DNA of 64,000 nucleotides from a bacterium (GCA_043798995.1 JAZDOD010000011.1:4737-68736); one strand, 5' to 3'; counted from the first letter of the stretch, positions 40,702-50,846 are shown. Made by a program: numbers and translations. The notes: generated by a model from the letters alone, not told the origin.

Positions 40702-42861
40702 ATGAGCAAAAGCGAAGATCATCACCATAAAAAAGAAATTAACAATCAAGAATTTAGCTGTCCCATGCATCCAGAGGTGAGACAATCGCAAGAGGGGATT
40801 TGTCCTCTTTGCGGTATGAAGCTTGTGCCAATCAAGAAAAAAACCGAAATTGAGGAAAAAGAATCTTCTGACAAGCATGCCGGCCACGCTTTAAGGAGTT
40901 TCGCCCGAAAATTTTGGCTAAGTTTAATTTTAACCATTCCGGTTATTTTCTTTTCCGAAATCGCCTATAAACTTTTTGGCCTACCCATCTCAATTTCGCC
41001 GGGTTCGCCATATCTGCGATTCATTTTTGGTTCTATTATCTTTTTTTACGGCGGCTGGGTTTTTATTCGGGGCGCCAAAAGAGAACTCCAGGCCAAATTG
41101 CCCGGCATGATGACGCTCATTGCTTTAGCAATTTCAGTTGCTTATTCTTACAGCGTAATCGTTACTTTTATAATTTCCGGCGAGGATCTTTTTTGGGAGT
41201 TAACAACTTTGATTACGATTATGCTTTTGGGGCATTGGTTGGAAATGAGAGCTGTTCAGGGAGCTCAACGCGCCTTACAGGAGCTTTCTAAACTTTTGCC
41301 AGAAACCGCTGAAATAATTGAAGGGACCGAAACAAAAATCATTTCTTTGAAAGAACTTAAAATCGGCGATTTAGTTTTAGTCAGACCCGGAGCTAAAATT
41401 CCGGCCGATGGGCAGGTTCGCGAGGGAGAATCGGAAGTTAATGAAGCCGTCATTACCGGCGAATCAAAGCCGGTTCGCAAACTTTCCGGCAGTGAAGTTA
41501 TCGCCGGCTCAATTAATGGCGACGGAGGGCTCAAAGTTGAAATTACTAAAATTGGGGAGAACACTTTTTTAGCCGGCGTGATGCGCTTGGTGGCCGAAGC
41601 TCAGGCCTCAAAATCCCGCCTGCAAACACTCTCGGATAAAGCAGCTTTTTATTTAACCATTATTGCTGTTTTGAGCGGTGCCTTAACTTTTTTGATTTGG
41701 CTTTTGGCCAGCGCAGGATTTAATTTTGCGCTTGAACGATTGGTGGCGGTTTTAGTGATCGCTTGCCCCCATGCTTTGGGCTTAGCCATTCCTTTAGTTG
41801 CTTCCATTTCCACTGCCTTAGCGGCTCGCAGCGGCTTTTTAGTCAGAGATCGTCTCTCTTTGGAAGCCGCGCGGAATGTCAATATTGTTCTCTTTGATAA
41901 GACCGGCACCTTGACCAAGGGCGAATTTGGCGTTCAGGAAATTATAATTAATAAAGAAGCAAAACTTCCCCGGGAAAATTTTGAAATTAATGAAAATACA
42001 ATTTTACAATGGGCCGCCTCGGCCGACAATCAGGCCGAACATTTTTTAGCCCAAGCCATTGTCAAGGAGGCGCAAAAAAGAAATTTAGAACTTTGGCCGG
42101 CCCAAAATTTTCAGGCCTTAAAAGGCAGAGGAGTAATTGCCAATGTTCAAGCTCAAGAAGTTTTAGTTGGAGGCGATATTTTATTCCGCGAAAAAAATCT
42201 GATTTTTTCCGGCCAATTTAAAGAAACGGCTGAATCCTTAGCCCAACAAGGCAAAACCATTATTTATCTTATTGTAAATAATGAAATTTTAGGCGCCATC
42301 GCTTTGGTTGATCTTATTCGGGATGAATCGCGAGAAGCGATTAAAGAGCTTAAAGAGATGGAAGTGAAAGTGGCTATGATTACCGGCGATTCAGAAGAAG
42401 TAGCCGAGTGGGTGGCAAAGGAATTAGAAATAGATGAGTATTTTGCCAGAGTCCTTCCTCAAGAAAAAGCAGAAAAAGTAAAATTGCTTCAAGGGAATGG
42501 TTATCGCGTCGCGATGGTCGGCGACGGCATTAATGATGCGCCGGCTTTGGTTGGGGCCGATGTGGGCATTGCCATTGGCGCCGGCACTAACGTCGCCATT
42601 GAATCAGCCGGCATTGTTTTAGTCCGAAATGATCCGCGAGACATTGCTAAAATCATCAAACTTTCGCGTCGCACTTACCGAAAAATGATTCAAAATCTTT
42701 TCTGGGCAACCGGCTATAATATTGTAGCTTTGCCTTTGGCGGCCGGTGTTTTAGCTTCGCACGGAATTTTGCTTCAGCCGGCTTTGGCAGCTGTTTTTAT
42801 GTCGCTAAGCACGGTGATTGTGGCAATTAATGCTATGGCACTAAGAAGAGTTCAGTTATAA
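40702..42861 (+). CDS. Copper-translocating P1B-type ATPase (CopB-like)
   Basis: CPMHP...CPLCGM metal domain, TGES, ACPHALG, DKTGTLT, MVGDGINDAP, YN...MSLST. Confidence 0.93.
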   Translation: MSKSEDHHHKKEINNQEFSCPMHPEVRQSQEGICPLCGMKLVPIKKKTEIEEKESSDKHAGHALRSFARKFWLSLILTIPVIFFSEIAYKLFGLPISISPGSPYLRFIFGSIIFFYGGWVFIRGAKRELQAKLPGMMTLIALAISVAYSYSVIVTFIISGEDLFWELTTLITIMLLGHWLEMRAVQGAQRALQELSKLLPETAEIIEGTETKIISLKELKIGDLVLVRPGAKIPADGQVREGESEVNEAVITGESKPVRKLSGSEVIAGSINGDGGLKVEITKIGENTFLAGVMRLVAEAQASKSRLQTLSDKAAFYLTIIAVLSGALTFLIWLLASAGFNFALERLVAVLVIACPHALGLAIPLVASISTALAARSGFLVRDRLSLEAARNVNIVLFDKTGTLTKGEFGVQEIIINKEAKLPRENFEINENTILQWAASADNQAEHFLAQAIVKEAQKRNLELWPAQNFQALKGRGVIANVQAQEVLVGGDILFREKNLIFSGQFKETAESLAQQGKTIIYLIVNNEILGAIALVDLIRDESREAIKELKEMEVKVAMITGDSEEVAEWVAKELEIDEYFARVLPQEKAEKVKLLQGNGYRVAMVGDGINDAPALVGADVGIAIGAGTNVAIESAGIVLVRNDPRDIAKIIKLSRRTYRKMIQNLFWATGYNIVALPLAAGVLASHGILLQPALAAVFMSLSTVIVAINAMALRRVQL

Positions 42862-42915
42862 TTTTTTTAATTTTCGCTTTTTGAAAACTAAATAATTCAA
42901 AGAAAGGAAAAAACA

Positions 42916-43146
42916 ATGGTTGAACAAGGAAGAAAACGAATAATTATCACCCATTATTGTGTGCCCGATGATTTTGAAGGAATTTTTAAATGTGAGAGGT
43001 GCGGCAAAGAAGCACCCTGGAAAAATGAAAATTATAAAACACGGCGTCGCGACGACCCTAAATGCAATGGCCGGATGCATTTGCAATTATTCAGAAAGAT
43101 AAAAAAGGAGGTAAAAACAAATAAAATTTTAGGATTAACCTCTTGA
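42916..43146 (+). CDS. Small Cys-rich orphan protein
   Basis: CERC...CNG; SD-like AAGGA. Confidence 0.5.
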   Translation: MVEQGRKRIIITHYCVPDDFEGIFKCERCGKEAPWKNENYKTRRRDDPKCNGRMHLQLFRKIKKEVKTNKILGLTS

Positions 43147-43181
43147 TTGCTCAAGAGGTTTTTTTTTATTCTATTTAATCC

Positions 43182-43210
43182 TTGACAAAATCGGCTAAAT
43201 CTGTTATAAT
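43182..43210 (+). promoter_or_regulatory. Consensus sigma70 promoter
   Basis: TTGACA-17-TATAAT with TG extension. Confidence 0.85.
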
Positions 43211-43350
43211 AAAAGATCAAAAAGTAAATAAAATTTTGATAATGTTCTTTTCAAAAATTCAGAGGTCTAAGCGGCGGTTAGCTGGTGATCCAGATAATTG
43301 CCACCTAGCTCTTTGAGTAAACATCTTTTAAAAAAGAAGGAGGAAAGAAG

Positions 43351-43539
43351 ATGTATTATATTGACGGTGATATTGTAGATGTAGAAACTTATGTAGAATT
43401 TTTGGAAAGAATAATAATTTATGCAAAAGAGGTAATAGAAGGTAAATATGATAACATTAAAGAACACAAGATTTTACCAATTGAAGCGGTTGTAAAAGAT
43501 ATTGAAAGAAATAGAGAAAGGAGGAAAATGCTAAAATAA
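43351..43539 (+). CDS. Small orphan protein
   Basis: 62 aa, SD AAGGAGG, upstream promoter, downstream hairpins. Confidence 0.6.
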   Translation: MYYIDGDIVDVETYVEFLERIIIYAKEVIEGKYDNIKEHKILPIEAVVKDIERNRERRKMLK

Positions 43540-43673
43540 ATTAAGCAAAACATAGGTTGGTGGCAAAACCCTTAAAACTTAAGCCACCGGGAGAGGAATG
43601 TTGCAAAATTTTCTCTCCTTTTGTTTTTTAAAATATTTTGTTAAGATAAGGAAATATCTATTTAATTTAAAAT

Positions 43674-44561
43674 ATGAAAAAATATTTTTTAATCGTTCTA
43701 ATAATTATTATTAGTTTTTTTGTTTTTCTGCCTAAGATTTTGCCGGCTAAAAATGAAAATCAGACAAAAGAAAACTATCAGCCGACAAAGAAAGAAGAGG
43801 CCGTGTTTGCTATCCAAGTAGAATCAAAAACTGTTTTTAACCAAAGAGCCGAGGCGCCGATCTTTCTTTTTCATCATATCAGGCCGTTTGATAAAAATTT
43901 AAGCCCGGCCGAGTTTGATTTAACCGTTTGGCAGAACATTTTTGAAGAGCAGCTTAAGTTTTTTAACCAGCAGGATTTTCATTCAATTAGTTTGCAAGAA
44001 CTCAATAATTATTTCTATCAAGGAAAATCATTGCCAGCCAAACCCTATATTTTAACTTTTGATGACGGCTATGAAGATTTTTATAAATCTGTCTGGCCGC
44101 TTCTTGAGAAATATCAAACTAAAGCCACAATTTTTGTTATTACCGGTTTGGTCAATCAACCCGGCTATTTGACCTGGCCGCAGATTGAAGAGCTGGCTAA
44201 AAGCGATTTGATTGAGTTTGGCGCTCACACCATTGATCATAAATATTTATCATTAGCGCCGCCTTCGCTTACTTTTTATCGTTTAAGCCAAGAAATTTTT
44301 GGACCAAAAACAGAGCTCGAAAAAAGGACCGGCCGCCGCGTTGAATTTTTTTCCTATCCCTATGGTTTTTATAATCAGCAGATTTTAGACCTAGTCAAAG
44401 AAGCTAAATACGCCGGAGCAGTGACAACCGATGGGGGAGTTTGGCAAGAAGCGGAAAAAATTTATGAATTAAAGCGGCTCCGGCTTTCCAATAGCGACAC
44501 GGCCGGTAATTTAGATTATAGATTAAAAGGTTTGCTTTCAAAAAATTATTTTTCAAACTGA
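43674..44561 (+). CDS. Polysaccharide deacetylase (CE4/NodB family)
   Basis: LTFDDGY, GAHT..H, FSYPYG; N-terminal signal anchor. Confidence 0.92.
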   Translation: MKKYFLIVLIIIISFFVFLPKILPAKNENQTKENYQPTKKEEAVFAIQVESKTVFNQRAEAPIFLFHHIRPFDKNLSPAEFDLTVWQNIFEEQLKFFNQQDFHSISLQELNNYFYQGKSLPAKPYILTFDDGYEDFYKSVWPLLEKYQTKATIFVITGLVNQPGYLTWPQIEELAKSDLIEFGAHTIDHKYLSLAPPSLTFYRLSQEIFGPKTELEKRTGRRVEFFSYPYGFYNQQILDLVKEAKYAGAVTTDGGVWQEAEKIYELKRLRLSNSDTAGNLDYRLKGLLSKNYFSN

Positions 44562-44626
44562 AGCGTTGACATTTTTTAAAAATTAACTTAAAATTTAAAT
44601 GTAAAAATTCAAGTCAAGGAGGAGAA

Positions 44627-44893
44627 ATGAGAGATTTAAAACTCTCGCAATTGGGCATTGATGGTTTGATAAATTTTATTCAACAAAATCCTCGACCCGG
44701 GGAGATTGAGGGGGTTAAAACCGGTTCAAAAATAAGACACTGGATGATAGTAGAAATTTTATGCAGGCTAAAAGATTTAACTAAAGAGAACAAAGAATTA
44801 AAAAAGAGAATTAAGATTTTAGAAGAAAGTGTTAAAGTTTGCAAGAAAATTTCTGAAAAGATTTCTAAATTTGATCGCAAGCAAGGAAGGTAA
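44627..44893 (+). CDS. Small coiled-coil orphan protein
   Basis: 88 aa, TTGACA promoter upstream, SD AAGGAGG. Confidence 0.6.
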   Translation: MRDLKLSQLGIDGLINFIQQNPRPGEIEGVKTGSKIRHWMIVEILCRLKDLTKENKELKKRIKILEESVKVCKKISEKISKFDRKQGR

Positions 44894-44940
44894 TACCCTT
44901 CCTTTTTTCTTGCCCATACATTAATATAATAATTACATTT

Positions 44941-46050
44941 ATGATAAAAACCAAAAAAATTTGTCCTGAGCACTTCGATTTCACTCAGTGTAAACTTCGT
45001 CAAAGGGTTTTAGTGGCCATGTCCGGCGGAGTTGATTCGTCGGTGGCGGCTTGGCTTTTAAAAAAACAAGGATTTGAGGTTAGGGGAGTTTTTTTGAATT
45101 TAGGGCAAGTTAAATATAAAGAATCAGTTGTGGCAACTAAAAGAGTAGCTAAAAAGATAGGCATTCCCTTTCGAGTTATTGATATAAGAAAAGAATTTGA
45201 AAAGGAAGTGGTTGATTATTTCTTGCAAAGTTATTTCCATGGCCTGACACCTAATCCTTGTGTAGTTTGCAACCAGAAAATTAAGTTTGAGACCCTTCTT
45301 AAATTGGCTAAAAAATATAGGGCCGATTTTGTGGCAACGGGTCATTATGCCCGGCTCCGCCGTAGCCGACAGCCGACAGCCGACAGCCGACATCTCTTAA
45401 TCCTTTGGCAAGCCAAAGACGAAAAAAAGGATCAGTCGTATTTTTTATATACTTTGAAGCAAAAACAATTGGCCAAAATATTATTCCCCCTGGGCAATTT
45501 AACCAAAGAGGAAGTAAAAAAAATAGCGGACAAAAATTATTTACCTTATTTCAAAAAAGAAAGTCAGGATATTTGTTTTTTATTTTGTGAAACTTCTGAA
45601 TTTTTAAAACAAAATCTTAAACTAAAGCCCGGGCCGATTGTCACAACAGCGGGCAAACTCATTGGCCGACACGAGGGCTTGCCGCTTTATACTTTAGGCC
45701 AGCGCCGAGCAGTTAAAATCGGCGGCATCGGGCCTTTTTATGTGGTCGGCCGCGATTTTAAAAAAAATCAATTAATTGTCACGGGCAAATTTGACGATTC
45801 GGTTTTGTATTCAGATAAACTTTTAGCCGGTCAAGTTAACTGGCTTGCTGGCGAAAGCCCAAAATTGCCTTTGAAATGTCGGGCGCGAGTCCGTTACCAA
45901 CAGCCATTGGTTGATTGCTTGGTCAGCAAAAAAGGCAAAAACTATCTGGTTAAATTCAAGCAAAAACTGCGCGCTATCACACCGGGACAGTCGGTGGTTT
46001 TCTATAAAAATAAAGAGATATTAGGCGGGGGAGTTATCGTTGACGAATAG
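44941..46050 (+). CDS. mnmA: tRNA 2-thiouridylase MnmA
   Basis: AMSGGVDSSV, TPNPCVVCN, ATGHYA, KDQSYFL, ESQDICF, TPGQSVVFY. Confidence 0.97.
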   Translation: MIKTKKICPEHFDFTQCKLRQRVLVAMSGGVDSSVAAWLLKKQGFEVRGVFLNLGQVKYKESVVATKRVAKKIGIPFRVIDIRKEFEKEVVDYFLQSYFHGLTPNPCVVCNQKIKFETLLKLAKKYRADFVATGHYARLRRSRQPTADSRHLLILWQAKDEKKDQSYFLYTLKQKQLAKILFPLGNLTKEEVKKIADKNYLPYFKKESQDICFLFCETSEFLKQNLKLKPGPIVTTAGKLIGRHEGLPLYTLGQRRAVKIGGIGPFYVVGRDFKKNQLIVTGKFDDSVLYSDKLLAGQVNWLAGESPKLPLKCRARVRYQQPLVDCLVSKKGKNYLVKFKQKLRAITPGQSVVFYKNKEILGGGVIVDE

Positions 46051-46142
46051 GCCAAAATCTTGTAATCTTTAACTTGTAACCCGCAACTTATTTTTTTGGT
46101 ATTTATGTTATAAGTTACAAGTTTTAAGTTTCAATAATTTAT

Positions 46143-48095
46143 ATGACAGCTAAAGAAGTCCGCGAAAAATTTTTAGATTTTTTTTCCGCCAAAGGCGGAT
46201 CTCCGCCAAAGGCGGATGGACCTCTGGCGCACGCCTCGGGCGGAAAAGGTCATACCATTATCCCTTCGGCGCCGCTTGTTCCAGAAAACGATCCAACGGT
46301 GCTTTTTACTACGGCCGGTATGCATCCTTTGGTGCCTTATCTTCTGGGCGAAGACCATCCGGGTGGGAAAAGGGTGGCCAATGTTCAGATTTGCCTAAGA
46401 ACCGATGATATTGAAGAAATCGGCGACAATCGGCATTTGACTTTTTTTGAAATGCTGGGCAATTGGAGTTTCGGAGACTATTTTAAGCGCGAGGCGATTG
46501 AGTGGAGTTTTGAATTATTAACCTCTAAGGATAAAGGTTTTGCTTTGGATCCGAAACGATTATACGTCACAGTTTTTGGCGGCGTTAAAGAATTAGGTTT
46601 AGAGCGAGACGAAAAGTCAATTAAAATCTGGCAAGAAGTTTTTGCCAAAGCTGGTTTAAAAGCTGAAGTTGCCGACGAAGGTAATATTTGGAAAAATAAA
46701 AATATAAGAATTTTTCCTTTGGGCATGAAAGATAATTTTTGGGGACCGGTTGGAGAGATTGGTCCTTGCGGTCCTTGCACCGAAATGTATTATGATCTCC
46801 ACCCAAAAAAAAAACACAGCAAAGTATCATTTGATGATTTGATTGATCAGTTTAGATTTTTGGAAATTTGGAATGATGTTTTTATGGAATTTAATAAACT
46901 GTCCGATGATAAATATGAATTGTTAAAGCAAAAAAACGTTGATACGGGTATGGGCGTGGAACGAATGTTAGCCGTCTTAAATAATAAAGAGAATATTTTT
47001 GACATAGAACTTTTTAGCGCAGTTTTTGAAAGTATAAAAAAATTGTCGGATAAAAATTATAATAATTGTCAAAAGGAATTTAGAATTATAGCCGACCACT
47101 TAAAAGCCGCGGTTTTTATCTTGGCGGAAAACATTGAACCGTCTAACGTTGATCGCGGCTATGTGCTTCGCCGTCTTATTCGCCGGGCCATTCGTTGCGG
47201 CAAACAAATCGGCATTAAAACTCCTTTCACCCATAAAATCGCCGAAGTTATCATTAATCTTTATCAAGATCCGTATTTGCATCTAAAGAAAAATCAGGAT
47301 TTTATTATTGAGCAACTGGTCAGAGAAGAAGAAAAGTTTGGCGAAACCCTGGAAAAAGGTTTAAAACAATTTAAATTTTTAATCAGGCGTAAATTAATAA
47401 TTACTCCCGTTGAACCGGGATCGCCAACCACCGATATAAAAGATAAAATGAAAATTACTGGCAGAGAAGCGTTTGATTTATATCAGACCTACGGTTTCCC
47501 CTTAGAGTTAATAAAAGAATTGGCAAGAGAAAATAGATTTACAGTTGATGAAGATGGTTTTAATGAGGAAATGAAACACCATCAAGAGCTTTCGCGCACT
47601 GCCGCGGCCGGTATGTTCAAGGGCGGTCTTTCAGACCATTCGGAAATTGCTACCCGCTATCATACGGCCACGCATTTGCTTTTGGCGAGCTTACGGAAAG
47701 TTTTGGGCGAACACGTTTTTCAGCGCGGCTCAAATATTACGGCCGAAAGATTGCGTTTTGATTTTTCCCATTCGGAAAAGTTGACGCCCGAGCAGATTAA
47801 ACAGGTTGAAGATTTGGTTAATCAAAAAATTCAAGAAGGTCTGCCGGTCAAGGTTGAAGAAATGACGGTTAACGAAGCCAAAGCCCAAGGCGCTATCGGC
47901 GTTTTTGAGCAAAAATACGGCGAGCGAGTTAAGGTTTATACGATTGGCCTCTCGACAAGCTCGGGGTCTATTTTCAGTCAGGAAATTTGCGGCGGACCGC
48001 ATATTAAAAATACCCGACAGCTTGGTAAATTTAAGATTATTAGAGAAGAGGCTAGCTCTGCTGGTGTAAGGAGAATAAAAGCGGTATTGGAGTGA
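46143..48095 (+). CDS. alaS: Alanine--tRNA ligase (short form)
   Basis: LFTTAGMHP, FEMLGNWSFGDYFK, GPCGPCTE, DTGMGVER, HTATHLL, EICGGPH, AGVRRIKA. Confidence 0.98.
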   Translation: MTAKEVREKFLDFFSAKGGSPPKADGPLAHASGGKGHTIIPSAPLVPENDPTVLFTTAGMHPLVPYLLGEDHPGGKRVANVQICLRTDDIEEIGDNRHLTFFEMLGNWSFGDYFKREAIEWSFELLTSKDKGFALDPKRLYVTVFGGVKELGLERDEKSIKIWQEVFAKAGLKAEVADEGNIWKNKNIRIFPLGMKDNFWGPVGEIGPCGPCTEMYYDLHPKKKHSKVSFDDLIDQFRFLEIWNDVFMEFNKLSDDKYELLKQKNVDTGMGVERMLAVLNNKENIFDIELFSAVFESIKKLSDKNYNNCQKEFRIIADHLKAAVFILAENIEPSNVDRGYVLRRLIRRAIRCGKQIGIKTPFTHKIAEVIINLYQDPYLHLKKNQDFIIEQLVREEEKFGETLEKGLKQFKFLIRRKLIITPVEPGSPTTDIKDKMKITGREAFDLYQTYGFPLELIKELARENRFTVDEDGFNEEMKHHQELSRTAAAGMFKGGLSDHSEIATRYHTATHLLLASLRKVLGEHVFQRGSNITAERLRFDFSHSEKLTPEQIKQVEDLVNQKIQEGLPVKVEEMTVNEAKAQGAIGVFEQKYGERVKVYTIGLSTSSGSIFSQEICGGPHIKNTRQLGKFKIIREEASSAGVRRIKAVLE

Positions 48096-48122
48096 ATAGA
48101 AATTAGTGATTAGAATTTTTCT

Positions 48123-48189
48123 TGCGGGATCGTTTCTAACGGCCCGCCAAAGGCGGGTAAATAAGACAGCGGCCGGCGCTTGTCCCGCA
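48123..48189 (+). pseudogene. tRNA-Gln relic 1 (palindrome in D loop, central deletion)
   Basis: TGCGGGATCGT..CTAACGG[CCCGCCAAAGGCGGG]...AGACAGCGGCC...TGTCCCGCA aligns to the intact tRNA. Confidence 0.7.
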
Positions 48190-48195
48190 CAAAAC

Positions 48196-48297
48196 TGGGG
48201 GGTCGTCTAATGGTAGGACACCAGCCTTTTCCGCCGGAGGCGGACTCGCCTTTTCCGCCAAAGGCGGATCTGCCTTGGGCATGAGGCGAGGAAGCCG
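48196..48297 (+). pseudogene. tRNA-Gln relic 2 (5' half, nested palindromes in anticodon loop)
   Basis: TGGGGGGTCGTCTAATGGTAGGACACCAGCCTTT[palindromes]GAAGCCG. Confidence 0.75.
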
Positions 48298-48306
48298 AAA
48301 ATAAAA

Positions 48307-48645
48307 ATGTATTACACTTATATATTAAAAAGCAAAAAAGACGGAATTCGTTATGTTGGTAGCGGTGAAGATGTATTAGAAAGATTACGTCGGCATAATA
48401 AAGGTGACCATCAATTTACAAAAGGGCACCGACCTTGGGAATTAATTTATCAAGAAAAATATAGCACAAGATCAGAAGCTATGAGGCGTGAAAAATTTTT
48501 AAAATCAGGTCAAGGAAGAAAAATTTTAGATGAGGTTCTCGGCAAGGCTGCGGGATCGTCTAATGGTAGGACCGCGGCCTTTGAAGCCGTTAATCATGGT
48601 TCGAATCCATGTCCCGCAGCCTTGCCGAGAAATAGTAAAGAGTAG
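48307..48645 (+). CDS. GIY-YIG nuclease (KSGxGR subtype); ORF reads through tRNA-Gln
   Basis: YYTYILKS...YVGS...RLRRHN...FTK..RPWELIYQE...RREKFLKSGQGR. Confidence 0.9.
   Translation: MYYTYILKSKKDGIRYVGSGEDVLERLRRHNKGDHQFTKGHRPWELIYQEKYSTRSEAMRREKFLKSGQGRKILDEVLGKAAGSSNGRTAAFEAVNHGSNPCPAALPRNSKE
48549..48619 (+). tRNA. tRNA-Gln(TTG)
   Basis: Acceptor TGCGGGA/TCCCGCA, anticodon arm GCGGC-CTTTGAA-GCCGT, GGTTCGAATCC. Confidence 0.95.
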
Positions 48646-48760
48646 GAGAGACGGCCTTTTCCACTGGGGGCGGACTTGCTTGTCCCGCCTTGGCGGGGCG
48701 GCCTCCTTGCCCCGCTATAGGCGGGGTGAAGAGCCGTTAATCATGGCCCGCCCCGCACCA
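48642..48760 (+). pseudogene. tRNA-Gln relic 3 (palindromes in anticodon loop)
   Basis: GTAGGA..CGGCCTTT[palindromes]GAAGAGCCGTTAATCATGG...CCCCGCACCA. Confidence 0.7.
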
Positions 48761-48840
48761 ATCCTAAGTAAAATTTTCCTAATTTTTCCATTTGTGCTAA
48801 AATTAAGTTAAAAGATATTTAACATTAATTTTTTAATTTT

Positions 48841-49869
48841 ATGGAAGAAGTTAACCCCGCAAAAAAAGACGAAGTTTTAGACAAAACCATCCTTCAGCCG
48901 CCCCAAAAGATGGAAAATTCTTACGGGGCAAGAAAAACCGGGCCGCGAGATGTTTTTTTGCACCTTCTGGCCATTATCACGCTTTATTTCAGCGCCGTTA
49001 ATGTGGGAATCTTGCTTTTTCAGTATATTAATCTGGCTTGGCCCGATCCTTTGTGGGATCCTTTTTTTCGGCTTGACGCCGCTCGGCGCTTGATTCGTTG
49101 GGCCATCTCCGCTTTGGTAGTAGTTTTCCCTGTTTATGTCTGGGTCAATTATTTTTTAAACAAGGAATTAATCCGGCTTCCGGAAAAGAAAGAACTGCGC
49201 ACCCGCAAGTGGCTGCTTAATTTCACTTTATTTGTGGCGGCTTTGGTTATTATCGGCGGTTTGGTTTCTTTAATTTATAATTATCTTGGCGGTGAAATTT
49301 CACTTCGTTTTATTCTTAAAATTTTAGTTGTGTTTTTGATTGCCGTCGCAGTTTTTGCCTATTATCTTTGGCAGTTAAGACGCGAGCAACTGGCTAAATG
49401 GGATAAAATAATGAAATTTTTTCCCCGGTCAATCGTTGCTCTAGTGGCGCTTATTATTATCAGCGGTTTTTTTATGGCCGGCTCGCCGCAAGCGGAGCGC
49501 CTGCGCCGTTTTGACGACAGGCGAGTGGGAGATCTTCAGGGGATCCAACGTCAAATCGTCTTTTTTTGGCAGCAAAAAAATAATCTGCCGCAAAATCTTG
49601 ATGAATTGATAGACAATATTTCCGGCTATCTGCCGCCCGTTGATCCGGAAACCAACCAGCCGTATGAATACCGCGCCACCGGTGATTTAGGGTTTGAGCT
49701 TTGCGCCAATTTTAAAACCAAAGGCACGGGGATAGAAGGACAATCTATGCCACAACCGGTTGAAGGGCCGAAAATTTACTCCGATACTTTTAACAATTGG
49801 CAGCACGAAACCGGCCGAGTTTGTTTCCAGAGAAAAATTGATCCGGAGCTGTATAAGAAATTAAAATAA
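48841..49869 (+). CDS. Multi-pass membrane protein (DUF5671-like)
   Basis: Five TM segments, GSPQAERLRRFDDRR, DPETNQPYEY, FELCANF. Confidence 0.7.
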   Translation: MEEVNPAKKDEVLDKTILQPPQKMENSYGARKTGPRDVFLHLLAIITLYFSAVNVGILLFQYINLAWPDPLWDPFFRLDAARRLIRWAISALVVVFPVYVWVNYFLNKELIRLPEKKELRTRKWLLNFTLFVAALVIIGGLVSLIYNYLGGEISLRFILKILVVFLIAVAVFAYYLWQLRREQLAKWDKIMKFFPRSIVALVALIIISGFFMAGSPQAERLRRFDDRRVGDLQGIQRQIVFFWQQKNNLPQNLDELIDNISGYLPPVDPETNQPYEYRATGDLGFELCANFKTKGTGIEGQSMPQPVEGPKIYSDTFNNWQHETGRVCFQRKIDPELYKKLK

Positions 49870-49888
49870 TTAAATTAAAACAAAGCTT

Positions 49889-50140
49889 ATGAAAAAGTTT
49901 TTTGCCATTTTTTGTGTTTTGTCGCTTATGCTTTTCGTAAGCGGCTGTGTCATGCAGCAGCCAAGCAAAGGTCCGGCAGCAACTCCCAAAACCCCGGCTT
50001 TAAATCAGAATCAAGCCGAACCCTATCCCGATTCTGATGAGTTAGTACCCGAAGAGGAGGAAATGGACGAGAGTAGTTCAACGGAAGAGGAGGTAGACGA
50101 AAATTTTTTAAACGGTGATTCTTCAGACGAAGAAGAATAA
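49889..50140 (+). CDS. Small acidic lipoprotein
   Basis: Lipobox VSGC, E/D-rich tail. Confidence 0.7.
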   Translation: MKKFFAIFCVLSLMLFVSGCVMQQPSKGPAATPKTPALNQNQAEPYPDSDELVPEEEEMDESSSTEEEVDENFLNGDSSDEEE

Positions 50141-50273
50141 TTTTCAGACGACGAGGATTTTTAAAATAAGGTTTTTTTTAAGCCTTTTTGTCGAAAGCTA
50201 AAAAAACTTTGCGGTAATGAGACATACCGACAAGTATTTTGTTTGGTGATTAACTGTTTTTCGCAAAGGATAA

Positions 50274-50429
50274 TATTGTTCTGGGCTTACGCAGTGGCCA
50301 TCTACAGATGACCAATGCCAGCCGATGTTGGATGTGGCAATTTGTATAAATTGTCCCGATGGTCAATGCGGACCCGGTGAAAATAAATGCAATTGTCCGA
50401 ATGATTGCCAAGAAAAAACTGTAGAATAA
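50274..50429 (+). pseudogene. Cys-rich domain fragment without an upstream start
   Basis: YCSGLTQ...CINCPDGQCGPGENKCNCPNDC, preceded by in-frame TAA. Confidence 0.5.
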
Positions 50430-50521
50430 ATTAATATAGTGATAAATTAGATTGAAGCCCCCCGCTTTTAAAAGCGGGGGGCTTTTTGTTTATTTGTCTA
50501 AATTTTAAGTTCAATAATATA

Positions 50522-50594
50522 TGTTATTCCTGTGAAAACAGGAATCCAGACCATTGAACCGGAATCTAGAGCTCGGATCAAGTCCGAGGTGACA
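50522..50594. repeat. Family A palindrome doublet (diverged)
   Basis: TGTTATTCCTGTGAAAACAGGAATCCAG...CTCGGATCAAGTCCGAGGTGACA. Confidence 0.8.
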
Positions 50595-50846
50595 ATAAGG
50601 AATTTTGGTGGCGGGGTAAATACAGTCTAAATTTTCAATCCTGCCAAGGCGGGAGAAAAAATTTAGACAAATAAATAATCCGCCGTCTCCGCCATCCACC
50701 AACTGGCGGAGGCGGAAACAGCGGATCAAACTTCGGCAGATTGCCTATAATGTCATTGCGAGATTAAACATTGTGGAAACCTTGACAATTTTTCCAACCT
50801 TTGCTATACTACTATATTAGTTGAAAAAGAAAAAAGGAGGTGAAAA

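Noticed and set aside
48196-48760. Group I intron with homing endonuclease in the tRNA-Gln anticodon loop
   Set aside because: An uninterrupted tRNA is present, no group I core is recognisable, and the inserts are short dispersed palindromes
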